Shown here: positions 36,201 through 47,118 of the stretch, piece after piece
Numbering within the stretch: position 1 is the first letter of the stretch
How the letters are laid out: each line of letters opens with the position of its first letter
From: Macrostomum lignano
Taxonomy: Eukaryota
Direction: 5' to 3'
DNA: 64,000 nt
NCBI GenBank assembly: GCA_002269645.1
Contig: NIVC01000202.1
Coordinates: 620,001 to 684,000, forward strand
Position numbers and translations under genes: made by a program
Notes under the pieces: generated by a model
What the model was told of the DNA's origin: nothing
Databases searched by the model: none
Seen by the model: only the letters and a program-made list of their open reading frames with translations

Positions 36201-39200
36201 GCAGAGGATGGGAGGATTAGTGACTGACTGACTGATTGACTGACTGACTGACTGACTGACTGACTGACTGACTGACTGACTGACTGACTGACTGACTGAC
36301 TGACTGACTGACTGACTGACTGACTGACTGACTGACTGACTGACTGACTGACTGACTGACTGACTGACTGACTGACTGACTGACTGACTGACTGACTGAC
36401 TGACTTGAGTGATTGGGTGACTGACTGACTGACTGACTGACTGACTGACTGACTGACTGAAATCAAATCGGTATCGCGGCAGTGATGGAGCATAGAAAGA
36501 TGAGGATAAGAGGATAAGAAAGCAGGAGACATGCAGGGCTGGGCGGGGCCTGTGCATATCGCATATCAGAAGCGATATTTAATATCCTTAAAAATGGGCA
36601 TTTAACATTGAAAGCCTCATCATTCCAAGGGGACTGACTGTCACTGACACGCCTAGCACACTGATGATTTCTTTTGGAAGGTAAAAAAGTACATATCTGA
36701 CAGCCGGATTGAAATGCAGGTGGGACTGTGGCAGCTGTAGTGGAGAAAAAATGTGCGAAGTCTAAGATATAGGGATTAGGAAGCGCTGCAAAAGCGGGAA
36801 GGAATTTATTATAAAATCTATTATAAAAGCAGGCAAAAAAGTCCAAAGCAGCTAAAATTCAAAATTGCTTTCCAATTTACACTATGCTTGATTCTGCACC
36901 ATGTAAACGGTGGCACTTGCATATCAGATTGGGGCATAGATTTGAGGGCACAGACATTCTGGGCATATACATTGTGGGCATAGACATTGTGGGCATAGAC
37001 ATTGTGGGCATATACATTGTGGGTATAGACATTGTGGGTATAAACATTGTGGGCATAGACATTGTGGGTATAGACATTGTGGGTATAGACATTGTGGGTA
37101 TAGACATTGTGGGTATAGACATTGTGGGTATAGACATTGTGGGTATAGACATTGTTAGCATAGACAGCACAAGCACCAAGAAATCCCAGCACCTTACCTG
37201 AGTCTGAATCTGGTTGATAAGCACTCGCATCTCGGTGTCCCGCTTGGTCTCATTAACATAAGTGGCCACATCGCACATAGCATCGTGAGCCTCTTTGAGC
37301 AGCTCCTTATCTTTGCCGCCTTCCTTTCGATCATAGTCCATGAGACTCCTCACCAACAGGTGGTATCTGGGAGGATTAGATAAACAGAGGGATATAGAGT
37401 GATAGGTTATCAAATTTCATCTGCGGTTATTGTTGACTCAAATTCATGGGCAATTCTAATTTTAATAAGCTATTTGTGCCAGCCAACTTGTTGCCAAGCA
37501 TTGATAATAAACAAAGGAGTTTGTCCTCGTACTTTTTAATCAGTGTTGTGGGTTTAAGACAAAAAAATACAAAAACCACGAAAACGATGGTGGGGATGGT
37601 CCTTTAGAATGTTTTATTTTTATGGTACACTGTGAACAGTCCTTTAGAATGGCACTTCAGAATGAGAATGATCCAAAGGGTGGTTTTCTCTTATGGTGCA
37701 TCAGGATAGTCCTTTACAGTCCTTTATGATCCTTCAGAATGGGAATGGTCCAGTGTAGTTCTTCTCTAAGGTGCATCGGGATGGTCCTTCAGAATGATCC
37801 TTTGGGACGGTCCTTTGGGATGGTCCTTCAAAATGATCCTTTGGGATGGTCCTTCAGAATGATCCTTTGGGACGGTCCTTTGGGATGGTCCTTCAAAATG
37901 ATCCTTTGGGATGGTCCTTCAGAATGGTCCTTCGGGAAGGTCCTTCAGAATAGTCCTTTGGTAAGGTCCTTCAGAATGGTCCTTTGGGATGGTCCTTTGG
38001 GATGGTCCTTTGGGATGGTCCTTCAGAATGGTCCTTTGGGATGTTCCTTTAGAATGGTCCTTTGGGATGGTCCATCAGAATGGTCCTTCTGGACGGTCCA
38101 TCAGAATGGTCCTTTGGGAAGGTCCTTCAGAATGGTCCTTTGGGATGGTCCTTCGGGACGGTCCTTTGGGATGGTCCTTCAGAATGGTTCTTCGGGACGG
38201 TCTATCAGAATGGTCCTTAGAGATGGTCCTTCAGAATGGTCCTTCGGGACGGTCTATCAGAATGGTCCTTAGATATGGTCCTTCAGAATGGTCCTTCGGG
38301 ACGGTCTATCAGAATGGTCCTTAGAGATGGTCCTTATGGTCCCCCGGTATAGTTCTTTGGTGTTATCTTTCTTGCATGGTCCTTCGGCATGGCGTATGGT
38401 CCTTCGGGATTGTTCTTTATGGTACATCGGGATGGTCTTTCAAGAGGTCGGGATAGTCCTTCGTTATGGTTTGGATCGAACTTGGCTCTCCGAGCTGTCA
38501 CAAAATGTCAAGCACAGACGGAGCTTCGGCACCTTTCAACACGCCACAGCGCAGTTCCCTCCCTCTCTTACCTGAGCACCCTTTGCATAGGCACGGCCAG
38601 ATATTCGTTTAGTTTAAACTGCGCCTTAGCCGCAGTCAGATGCCGTTGAAGCTCTTCCTGACGCCTCTTGTCTGACCTGCAGGCGTCTTCCAGCAGAGAG
38701 ATGGCCTCGGTCATGTGGGCGCAATAGTTTCCATAGAGCAGCAGCTGATTGTGATAGCTGATGAGCACAGCTGGCAGGGGCTTTGCCCCGCGTAGCTGGG
38801 TAGCAACCTCCAGTTCGCGGAGTAACTTCTTGTGCAAGCTGAGCAGCTCAGGCAAGTGCTCAAATATGGCGTCCACCTCCACTGGGGTCCACGAGGACTG
38901 CGACTCCTGTAGGTTGGGATTTCAGGTGGATGGCTGAGGATAGTAGGAGTCACTTGAGGTTTGGGAATCCCAGTATGGTATTCCAGTTATGGGGTTCCAG
39001 GTTATGGGATTCCAGGTATGGGATTCTAAGCATGGGATTACAGGTATGGGATTCTAGGTATGGGATTCTAAGCATGGGATTACAGGGCATGGGGTTCTAA
39101 GCATGGGATTACAGGTTATAGGGTTCTATGTATGGGATTCTAAGCATGGGATTACAGGTATGGGATTCTAGGTATGGGATTCTAGGTATGGGATTCTAAG

Positions 39201-42200
39201 CATGGGATTACAGGTATGGGATTCTAGGTATGGGATTCTAAGCATGGGATTACAGGTATGGGATTCTAGGTATGGGATTTTAAGCATTGGATTACAGGGC
39301 ATGGGTTTCTAAGCATGGGATTACAGGTTATGATATTCCAGGTATGGGATTTCAGGTATGGGATTCCAGGTATGGGATCCCAGGTATGGGATTCCAGGTA
39401 TGGGATTCTAGGTTTGGAATTCCAGGCTATGGAATTTAGGTATGGGATTTCAGGTATACAACAACAACAACAGAATACGCAGTTAGCGTCACAGCGTCAG
39501 GTATAACATTTCAGATAGGTATGGGTCTATGGGATTATAGGTTTGGGATTTCAAGATAGGTTTGGGATTCCAGGTTATGGGATTCCAGGGTATGGGATTC
39601 CAGTAAGTATGGGTTTTTAAGTATAAGAGATTCAAGTGTGAGATTTCCGGCGAATGACTGATTTCAGGTATGGGATTTTTTGCGACGGCTAATGCTCTTG
39701 GGAATTTAAGCTTCGGAATTTGGGATACGAGATTTTAGCCAAAATTTATCATGACTTTAGGGCTGGTGGGATTTAAGTGTGTATGCGTATGAAATGCTGA
39801 AAGTTCAGGCGCACTGACGTCAAGCAGTGGGGAATTTTGGTTGTTTAAGGCTATGGGAGAAAAAATGTTTTTTTAAAAACGCTAGCAAAATGTCAGCATA
39901 TTAGTAACGAATGCTTACTAGCCAGAAATGCAGCGTAATACTTGAGCGTAAACCTATAAACTGGGCGCTGCAATTACTAGCATATAGTTTTTTTCAATAC
40001 TAGATTATATGAAAATACTGAACCTGCTATCAAGTTTGGCTAGGCTGGCACGCGCTGAACGATCAATGTTGTGTTGACACTCATATTGCAGCTCTTTTTT
40101 AGCGGCTGAATGGCCAACCCGTTTGTTTAATTAACCTGAGTGCGTCTCTGCTACAGTGCATCCAATCACAGTGCTGATGGAGGTGGAATAGCCAACCAAA
40201 GGGCAGATTCCAGCTGGGAGCATTGGCCAGTTTGTGGGGCAGATTCCAGCTGGGAGCATTGGCCAGTTTGTGGGGCAGATTCCAGCTGGGAGCATTGGCC
40301 AGTTTGTGGGGCAGATTCCAGCTGGGAGCATTGGCCAGTTTGTGGGGCAGATTCCAGCTGGGAGCATTGGCCAGTTTGTGGGGCAGATTCCAGCTGGGAG
40401 CATTGGCCAGTTTGTGGGGCAGATTCCAGCTGGGAGCATTGGCCAGTTTGTGGGGCAGATTCCAGCTGGGAGCATTGGCCAGTTTGTGGGGCAGATTCCA
40501 GCTGGCAGCATTGGCCAGTTTGTGGGGCAGATTCCAGCTGGGAGCCTTGGCCAGTTTGTGGGGCAGAGTCCAGCTGGGAGCATGGGTAGTTTGTGGGGCA
40601 GATTCCAGCTGGGAGCATGGGTAGTTTGTGGGGCAGATTCCAGCTGGGAGCCTTGGCCAGTTTGTGGGGCAGATTCCAGCTGGGAGCATGGGTAGTTTGT
40701 GGGGCAGATTCCAGCTGGGAGCCTTGGCCAGTTTGTGGGGCAGATTCCAGCTGGGAGCATGGGTAGTTTGTGGGGCAGATTCCAGCTGGGAGCCTTGGCC
40801 AGTTTGTGGGGCAGATTCCAGCTGGGAGCCTTGGCCAGTTTGTGGGGCAGATTCCAGCTGGGAGCATGGGTAGTTTGTGGGGCAGATTCCAGCTGGGAGC
40901 CTTGGCCAGTTTGTGGGGCAGATTCCAGCTTGGAGCATTGACAAAAAACAAAATCATGCAAGCAGCCACAAGCAAGAGGCGGTAGAAATATACAAAAACG
41001 CGGCTATTTTTAAAAAGCACAGCTGCAAGCCTTTGCAGGCTTAGTAAAAACATCGAATTTCACCCGACCGAGGCCGGGTGTTTCAGAACCCCCCGCCCTT
41101 TAATCTGGCACTGTATGCTATACATATAGCTAAGCAATACTGGCTCTGAACTCCCAGATGAGAATATCGAAATCCCATGTAGGCAAGTGAGAAAAATATG
41201 GAAAAAACGGCGCTCACGCGCACGCGAAACGGCCGCAATCGAGAGAGAGCCGATTTTGTTAATCCCCTCGATCCCAGTCCCCGCCACTCCCTCACCGTCC
41301 CTCCTAGTGCAACAACATAGCCGAGCACACATAGTGGTCATTAATCATTTTGTCCAGAAAAACACCGTCTCAGCTGGATTGTTCGACGCGTGTTTTAATA
41401 ATTACTTTACTTTATTAAATTTACAGTTTTTTGTTTCATAAAAATGCATTAGTTGTTCTATCATTGATTTGAAGACTTGTAGCTTAGTTGTCAGAGCGTC
41501 GGGATTCACGACTGAAAGGTCGGGGGTTCGCTTCCCAATCCCACTCGGAACAATTTGTGTCCTTAAGCAAGACACTTAACTCTGCATTGATTCAGTTCAA
41601 CCAGTTGTAAAATTGGTGCCAGCATTAGCTGGGGTAATTGAGGGTCCTTGGACTGAACAGCCGTACGCAGCTTCAGATGCGCCGCGCAATAGCTGCGGCT
41701 GAGCTGTCGGTTGCAGGTGTAACCACTCTGAAAACCCAAAAGACCATCAGGCGCAGGGTCTCACCTTCATAGGTCGCATAATATCTTCAACCAACAGTCG
41801 CAGAGTTTCAACATAGGTCCGCTCAGTGGTCACCAGCTCTTCCATACAGATCTCCTTAGCTGATCGTTTGGCGCCAGCATCCTCAGCATTGCCGCTGACT
41901 AGAGTCTTGTTCATGATGGTCTCGTAGACTCGCTCAGCCGCGGCGTCAACATAATTGCTGCCAACAGGCTGATCGGCGGCCGTGGGGACAGCCAGATGCT
42001 GCCGCTGCTGGCTTTTCTTAGCGGTAGCCGTGGCCATCAGGTTGCAATAATCCGAGGATAAGTCCGTCACAGCGGCGGCGTCATTGCCGTTGCTACTAGT
42101 AGCAACCGTGAAGCCTTCAATGCCGCTCTGCTTAGCTCTGGGACTGTTAGACAGCAGCGACAGGGTGCGAATGATTCTGCCAACGTTCTCTTGGCTGAGC

Positions 42201-43598
42201 AGGTCGTCAGGTGAGAACAAGTCAGCTGGGGACAGGCCGAACTCTGTCTGACAAGCCGATAGGAACAGGTTGAGGTTCCGGCGGAAGGCGAATTGAGAAT
42301 TCAGCGTGGCCAGCTTGAAGCCGGGCAGCTGCTCCGGGGTCACCTGCGGGGGAGTGGGATTTGGGATACTTGGGATAGGTACAGGTCCAGGTAAGGGATT
42401 CCAGGTATGGGATTCTAGGTATGGGATTCAAAGTATTGGATTCCAGGTACAGGATTTTAAGTATGGGATTCTAGGTATGGGACGTTAGGGAATGGGATTC
42501 CAGGTATGGGATTCTAGGTATGGGACGTTAGGGAATGGGATTCCAGGTATGGGATTCAAAGTATTGGATTCCAGGTATGGGATTCAAAGTATTGGATTCC
42601 AGGTACAGGATTTTAAGTATGGGATTCTAGGTATGGGACGTTAGGGAATGGGATTCCAGGTATGGGATTCTAGGTATGGGACGTTAGGGAATGGGATTCC
42701 AGGTATGGGATTCTAGGTATGGGACGTTAGGGAATGGGATTCCAGGTATGGGATTTTAGATATGGGATTCCAGGAAATGGAATTCTAAGTATGGGATTCC
42801 AGGAAATGGGATTCTAGATATGGGATTTCAGGGAATGGGATTCCAGGTATTGGATTCTAGGCATGGGATTCCAGGGAATGGAATTCTAAGTATGGGATTC
42901 CAGGAAATGGGATTCTAGATATGGGATTTCAGGGAATGGGATTCCAGGTATTGGATTCTAGGCATGGGATTCCAGGGAATGGAATTCTAAGTATGGGATT
43001 CCAGGAAATGGGATTCTAGATATGGGATTTCAGGGAATGGGATTCCAGGTATTGGATTCTAGGTATGGGATTCCAGGGAATGGAATTCTAAGTATGGGAT
43101 TCCAGGAAATGGGATTCCAGATATGGGATTTCAGGGAATGGGATTCCAGGTATTGGATTCTAGGTATGAGATTCCAGGGAATGGAATTCTAGGTATGGGA
43201 TTCCAGGGAATGGAATTTTGAGAATGGGATTTTAAGTATGGGATTCAGGTACGGGCCGCTGCTGCGAGGATTAGAATGAGATAATTAGGATAATGAAGCC
43301 TGCTTATTAATGAAATGAAAAGCCACTGCACGTCTATTAATTTAGATTAAAAGGTTAATTTTATAACTAAATTATCGCCCACCTGCTGGGAGCTGATCGC
43401 AGGCAGAATATGACACAGCAGCACACCGTCGGTCAGGCAGTTCAGCAGGTCAACCACCGTGGCACCTGGCGTATCAACCAGCACGGACTGAGCTTGGGCG
43501 AGTATATCCGGGCAGGAGGCCAGACAGCGGAGCAACCAGTCGGCGCACATTCGCCATTCGGCATCGGCGCCGCCGAACTCGTCAACGGCTGGCATCAT
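30201..43598 (-). CDS. VAV: Vav-family Rho/Rac guanine nucleotide exchange factor (CH-acidic-DH-PH-C1-proline-rich-SH2-SH3; no N-terminal SH3), about 933 aa
   Basis: Exons 43598-43383, 42343-41765, 38906-38572, 37366-37198, 33803-33092, 31882-31402, 30510-30201 join in frame (2802 nt). CH EWRMCADWL..LTDGVLLCHIL; acidic-region tyrosines (SDYCN, SNYVD, RVYET); DH ELVTTERTYVETL..YLAVPMQRVLRYHLL..DVATYVNETKRD; PH YGRLEQDGDLR; SH2 GTYLVRES..EYAVSL; SH3 VGLFPADCV. Confidence 0.93.
30650..31330. repeat. Intronic minisatellite, 30 bp (AGAGATGCCTGGAGTCCCCGTTCCCTAATT)
   Basis: Last Vav intron. Confidence 0.97.
32050..32865. repeat. Intronic minisatellite, 30 bp (GAGAGATGCCTGGAATCCCTGTTACCCGAT), nearly invariant over 32240-32860
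   Basis: Vav intron before the SH2 exon. Confidence 0.97.
33954..34534. mobile_element. Composite/degenerate MITE of the same family as 62912-63129, with an internal 108-bp tandem duplication
   Basis: Outer inverted repeat CATGGACTTCTC.AG.TAGCATCTGGACT (33954 and 34534). Inner TIR-like pieces at ~34013 and ~34277-34325 match the 62.9-kb element. The tccagat motif recurs at 34292, 34400 and 34508. Confidence 0.6.
35020..35846. repeat. Intronic minisatellite, 16 bp (ATGACACTGCGCGCTT)
   Basis: Vav intron. Confidence 0.96.
36221..36460. repeat. (GACT)n microsatellite
   Basis: Direct reading. Confidence 0.98.
36950..37160. repeat. 15-bp minisatellite (GACATTGTGGG(C/T)ATA)
   Basis: Vav intron, next to the donor at 37197. 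Confidence 0.95.
37600..38450. repeat. 13-bp minisatellite (CCTTCAGAATGGT / CCTTTGGGATGGT)
   Basis: Vav intron. Confidence 0.93.
38975..39720. repeat. 14-15 bp minisatellite (GGGATTC(C/T)AGGTAT family)
   Basis: Vav intron 2. Confidence 0.9.
40200..40935. repeat. 35-36 bp minisatellite (GGGCAGATTCCAGCTGGGAGCATTGGCCAGTTTGTG)
   Basis: Vav intron 2. Confidence 0.97.
41478..41722 (+). mobile_element. tRNA-derived SINE, copy 3 (Vav intron)
   Basis: GTAGCTTAGTTGTCAGAGCGTC..GGGGTTCGCTTCCC..GTGTCCTTAAGCAAGACACTT..GCTGTCGGTTGCAGGTGTAA. Confidence 0.85.
42390..43250. repeat. 14-15 bp minisatellite (GGGATTCCAGGTAT family) with a 101-bp higher-order repeat
   Basis: Vav intron 1; GAATTC marker at 42881, 42982 and 43083. 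Confidence 0.93.
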
Positions 43599-43664
43599 GG
43601 CTGCGGACTGGGGCTGGCTGGGCAGCTCTGCAATCATTCATTCATTTTTATTTATCTGATGCTT

Positions 43665-43975
43665 CAGTGGCTGCTGACATCCCCTGATCTGATGCTTCAG
43701 TGGCTGCTGACACCCCCCTGATCTGATGCTTCAGTGGCTGCTGACACCCCCCTGATCTGATGCTTCAGTGGCTGCTGACATCCCCCTGATCTGATGCTTC
43801 AGTGGCTGCTGACATCCCCTGATCTGATGCTTCAGTGGCTGCTGACATCCCCCCGATCTGATGCTTCAGTGGCTGCTGACATCCCCCTGATCTGATGCTT
43901 CAGTGGCTGCTGACATCCCCTAATCTGATGCTGACACCCCCTGATCTGATGCTGACATCCCCTGATCTGATGCTT
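43665..43975. repeat. 34-35 bp minisatellite (CTGATCTGATGCTTCAGTGGCTGCTGACATCCCC)
   Basis: Just upstream of the Vav first-coding-exon acceptor (43628). Confidence 0.95.
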
Positions 43976-46374
43976 AAGCTCCAGCTGAAGATTGAAGTTG
44001 GCTTATCCTCAGACCGTGGGTATGACAGCACAAAATTGCCCTAGATTGCCTATCTAATACTAATAATATATACTAAAGGCTACACGCGACTTAACAATAC
44101 CAATTCGAAAGAGAACATTGCAATGCAAATAATCATGTCCCCCCAAACTTACACAAAAGACGATAAGCAACCGTATTTTAACTATACCAAAAAATAGTCC
44201 TTATATATTGTTTTTCGGATCGAAAAGAGCGAAATAGGTAGAAAAAAAGGGAGATCTGGAAAAAACAGGCCAGCGCAAAGGCAGAGTTGGGAAAGCAGCA
44301 GCGAGCGAGTGCAGCGCGCATTTTAACTATCGGTTATCAACGGGCAAGGGAAGGAAGGGAGGGAGAGGAGCCGCCTCTCTCTCTCTCTCTCCACCGATTC
44401 CCCTGCGCCTGGGCAACCATTCAGTTTTCAACGATGCGAGATTTGATAGAGGCGTCCGTTGGGCAAAGCTGGGGATACAATAATGGCAGAGGGCGAGATT
44501 GAGGGCAATGGAAGTGGGCTTAGGCAGCAGCTTAGGCCAGATGAAAGTGGAATTGGCAAAGAGAGAGAGAGAGAGGCCAGATAAGGGCAATGCAGTTGCG
44601 GCAGGAATGAGAAAAATTCTAATTTATTTCAATTAAACCTCGATATTAATACTAGCTAGTGAACACGGAACCAACAAAAAGCGATAGTTGAAAAAAAGAA
44701 GCACACATTAGTCTAGGTAGGAGCAGCCTGTTTAAACCTGTCTTCTTGACTTTCGATAACTCGCCCCTACCAGACTGTAAGTACAGAAACAGCGGGAGAG
44801 GGCAGCAGTCATGGCAGCAACAAGAAGGGGAGAAAAGAGCCACCTAAGGAAAGGTAGATCCCCACTTGACCGGAACTTGGAACGCTAATGATGGCAAAGC
44901 CCCGAGGCGGATATGGCCGAAACAGGAAGCCTCTTATCTCTATCTAGCACGGCGGCACCGATATTATTATAATATAGATAGATACTAGATACTATGGCTA
45001 TGATTATTACTATGGCTAACCAGAAAATGCCAAATGGCCGATACGGTATGTGTAACACTGCTATCTAAAATGCTCTCTCTCTACCCACCTACCCTTCTAT
45101 ATACCTAACCTAATTACCTTACTACACTAGTGATTGAAATAAGCAAGCCAGAAGGCGACACCGTATTAATAATAATAATAATAATAATAGTACGAGAACA
45201 AGAAAACATGAGACGCGTGTGAGAGAAGAACAAATCATAATTGTGCTGTGCGAAATAGTTGTTTCTTACCTGTGTGTGTGCAATAGTTTCTTAGATTTAT
45301 TACTTTCAACAAACCAAAAAACACACAAATATACGAGGGCTGTTGCAACAGTTTGTGTTGACTGTTAGCGACAACAATTGTCAAACCAAGCTGAAATTTT
45401 AGTCAAAACTCCTTGCACATCTGCTGAATGGTAAAACAGAAACCCATGGGTTTTATCAAAAAAATTGGAAATTTAAATTATCACTCATTATGATCGTCAC
45501 TCTTGCCGTTGGCTCTCCTTTGATTTCATAAGTCGGAAGGATTTTTTCTATCATTTTCATCTATCACGTTGATATTCAATCCGCAAGTTGTCTATGGCAA
45601 ATGCTTTCAAATACTTTTATAAACCAATTGTCGCTTATCAACACCCCTCGTATGTAAAAATAGGCATCAAAATAATAATAAAATTGGTCTCAGAGGTTTG
45701 AGCTCTGCACTTCTGAATAACCACTGTTGAACGCGTAATTGAAGATTTTAGCACAAACGGAAAACTTACGCAGAGTTAGTTGGTTTGATTAATTTTTTGT
45801 TAAAAAGACAACAATACAATAACTTAAATATGATTTTAAGGGATTAATTAGTGCAGACATTTAGAACACAGAGAGCAGAAAGACGCACAGTCAGGACAGT
45901 AATAATATTAAATATAATAAGTATACCTGGATAACATAGCAATGCAAAACTCGGTTCCATTCGGTTTATATCGGCCACCGGAGTGCTGAATATATGCTTA
46001 TATACTACTATATACTACTGACAAACTGACAGACACAAATATAAAACATAGTCGATCTCTACCAAAAATTCCTAGCTACTCTTAGTTGGGTTAGTAGTAT
46101 CAGGGTCAATTCAGGTCACGCATTCCGTGATTGTATGAACTAAAAAGACAAAAGACATCCAGTTATACGAAACGATTTGCAGGATAATAAGACAGAAACA
46201 AACAGACCGATATGATTTTTGTAGAGCTTTGTCAGAAACAAAGGAATGAAAAAAGGGCGGGGGAGAGCTACACAAGCTGATCAAGTTAGTTTATTGGTTA
46301 TTAATGTAAACTATTCTGTTGCTAGGCAGCTTGGACTCGCCTAATCTATGAAGCCTTGTTATCTGCTAATACAA

Positions 46375-46950
46375 TAACCGTTACCAACGTAAACTTCCCC
46401 GTTGCTAGGCGGCTTGATGTCTAAGGAAATCTCTTATCTGAGGATAGAATAGCCGTTACCAAGGTAAACTTCCCCGTTGCTAGGCGGCTTGATGTCTAAG
46501 GAAATCGATTATCTGAGAATAGAATAACCGTTACCAAAGTAAACTTCCCCGTTGCTAGGCGGCTTGATGTCTAAGGAAATCGATTATCTGAGAATAGAAT
46601 AACCGTTACCAAGGTAAACTTCCCCGTTGCTAGGCGGCTTAATGTCTAAGGAAATCGATTATCTGAGAATAGAATAACCGTTACCAAAGTAAACTTCCCA
46701 GTTGCTAGGCGGCTTGATGTCTAAGGAAATCTCTTATCTGAGGACAGAATAGCCGTTACCAAAGTAAACTTCCCCGTTGCTAGGCGGCTTGATGTCTAAG
46801 GAAATCTCTTATCTGAGGACAGAATAGCCGTTACCAAAGTAAACTTCCCCGTTGCTAGGCGGCTTGATGTCTAAGGAAATCTCTTATCTGAGGACAGAAT
46901 AGCCGTTACCAAAGTAAACTTCCCCGTTGCTAGGCGGCTTGATGTCATCC
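46375..46950. repeat. 75-bp tandem repeat, about 8 units, downstream of the lectin-receptor stop
   Basis: GTTACC marker at 46455, 46530 and 46605. Confidence 0.96.
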
Positions 46951-47118
46951 AAACCTTGTAAGCCGTTACTAAGGTTAATTGACGTGAGTATAAAGAGGAC
47001 AGATGCGACGAGTTAAAACAAAAAAGTACAGCTTGATTACGGCGCAAAACTAAAAAAACTAAACTTAAGCTTTCAGCTGCTAGTAATAAAAAAATGTCGA
47101 ATTTCAGGCAACCAAAGC

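Noticed and set aside
43598-43627. SL-AUG use at the Vav acceptor (would give a short uORF whose TGA overlaps ATGATG) and a three-gene operon
   Set aside because: A good cis donor (CAG|GTAAGA, ~45268) offers an ordinary 5'UTR exon, and nothing in the sequence favours trans-splicing here.
46375-46950. CRISPR-like appearance of the 75-, 51- and 36-bp arrays
   Set aside because: No unique spacers, no cas genes, and a eukaryotic context.
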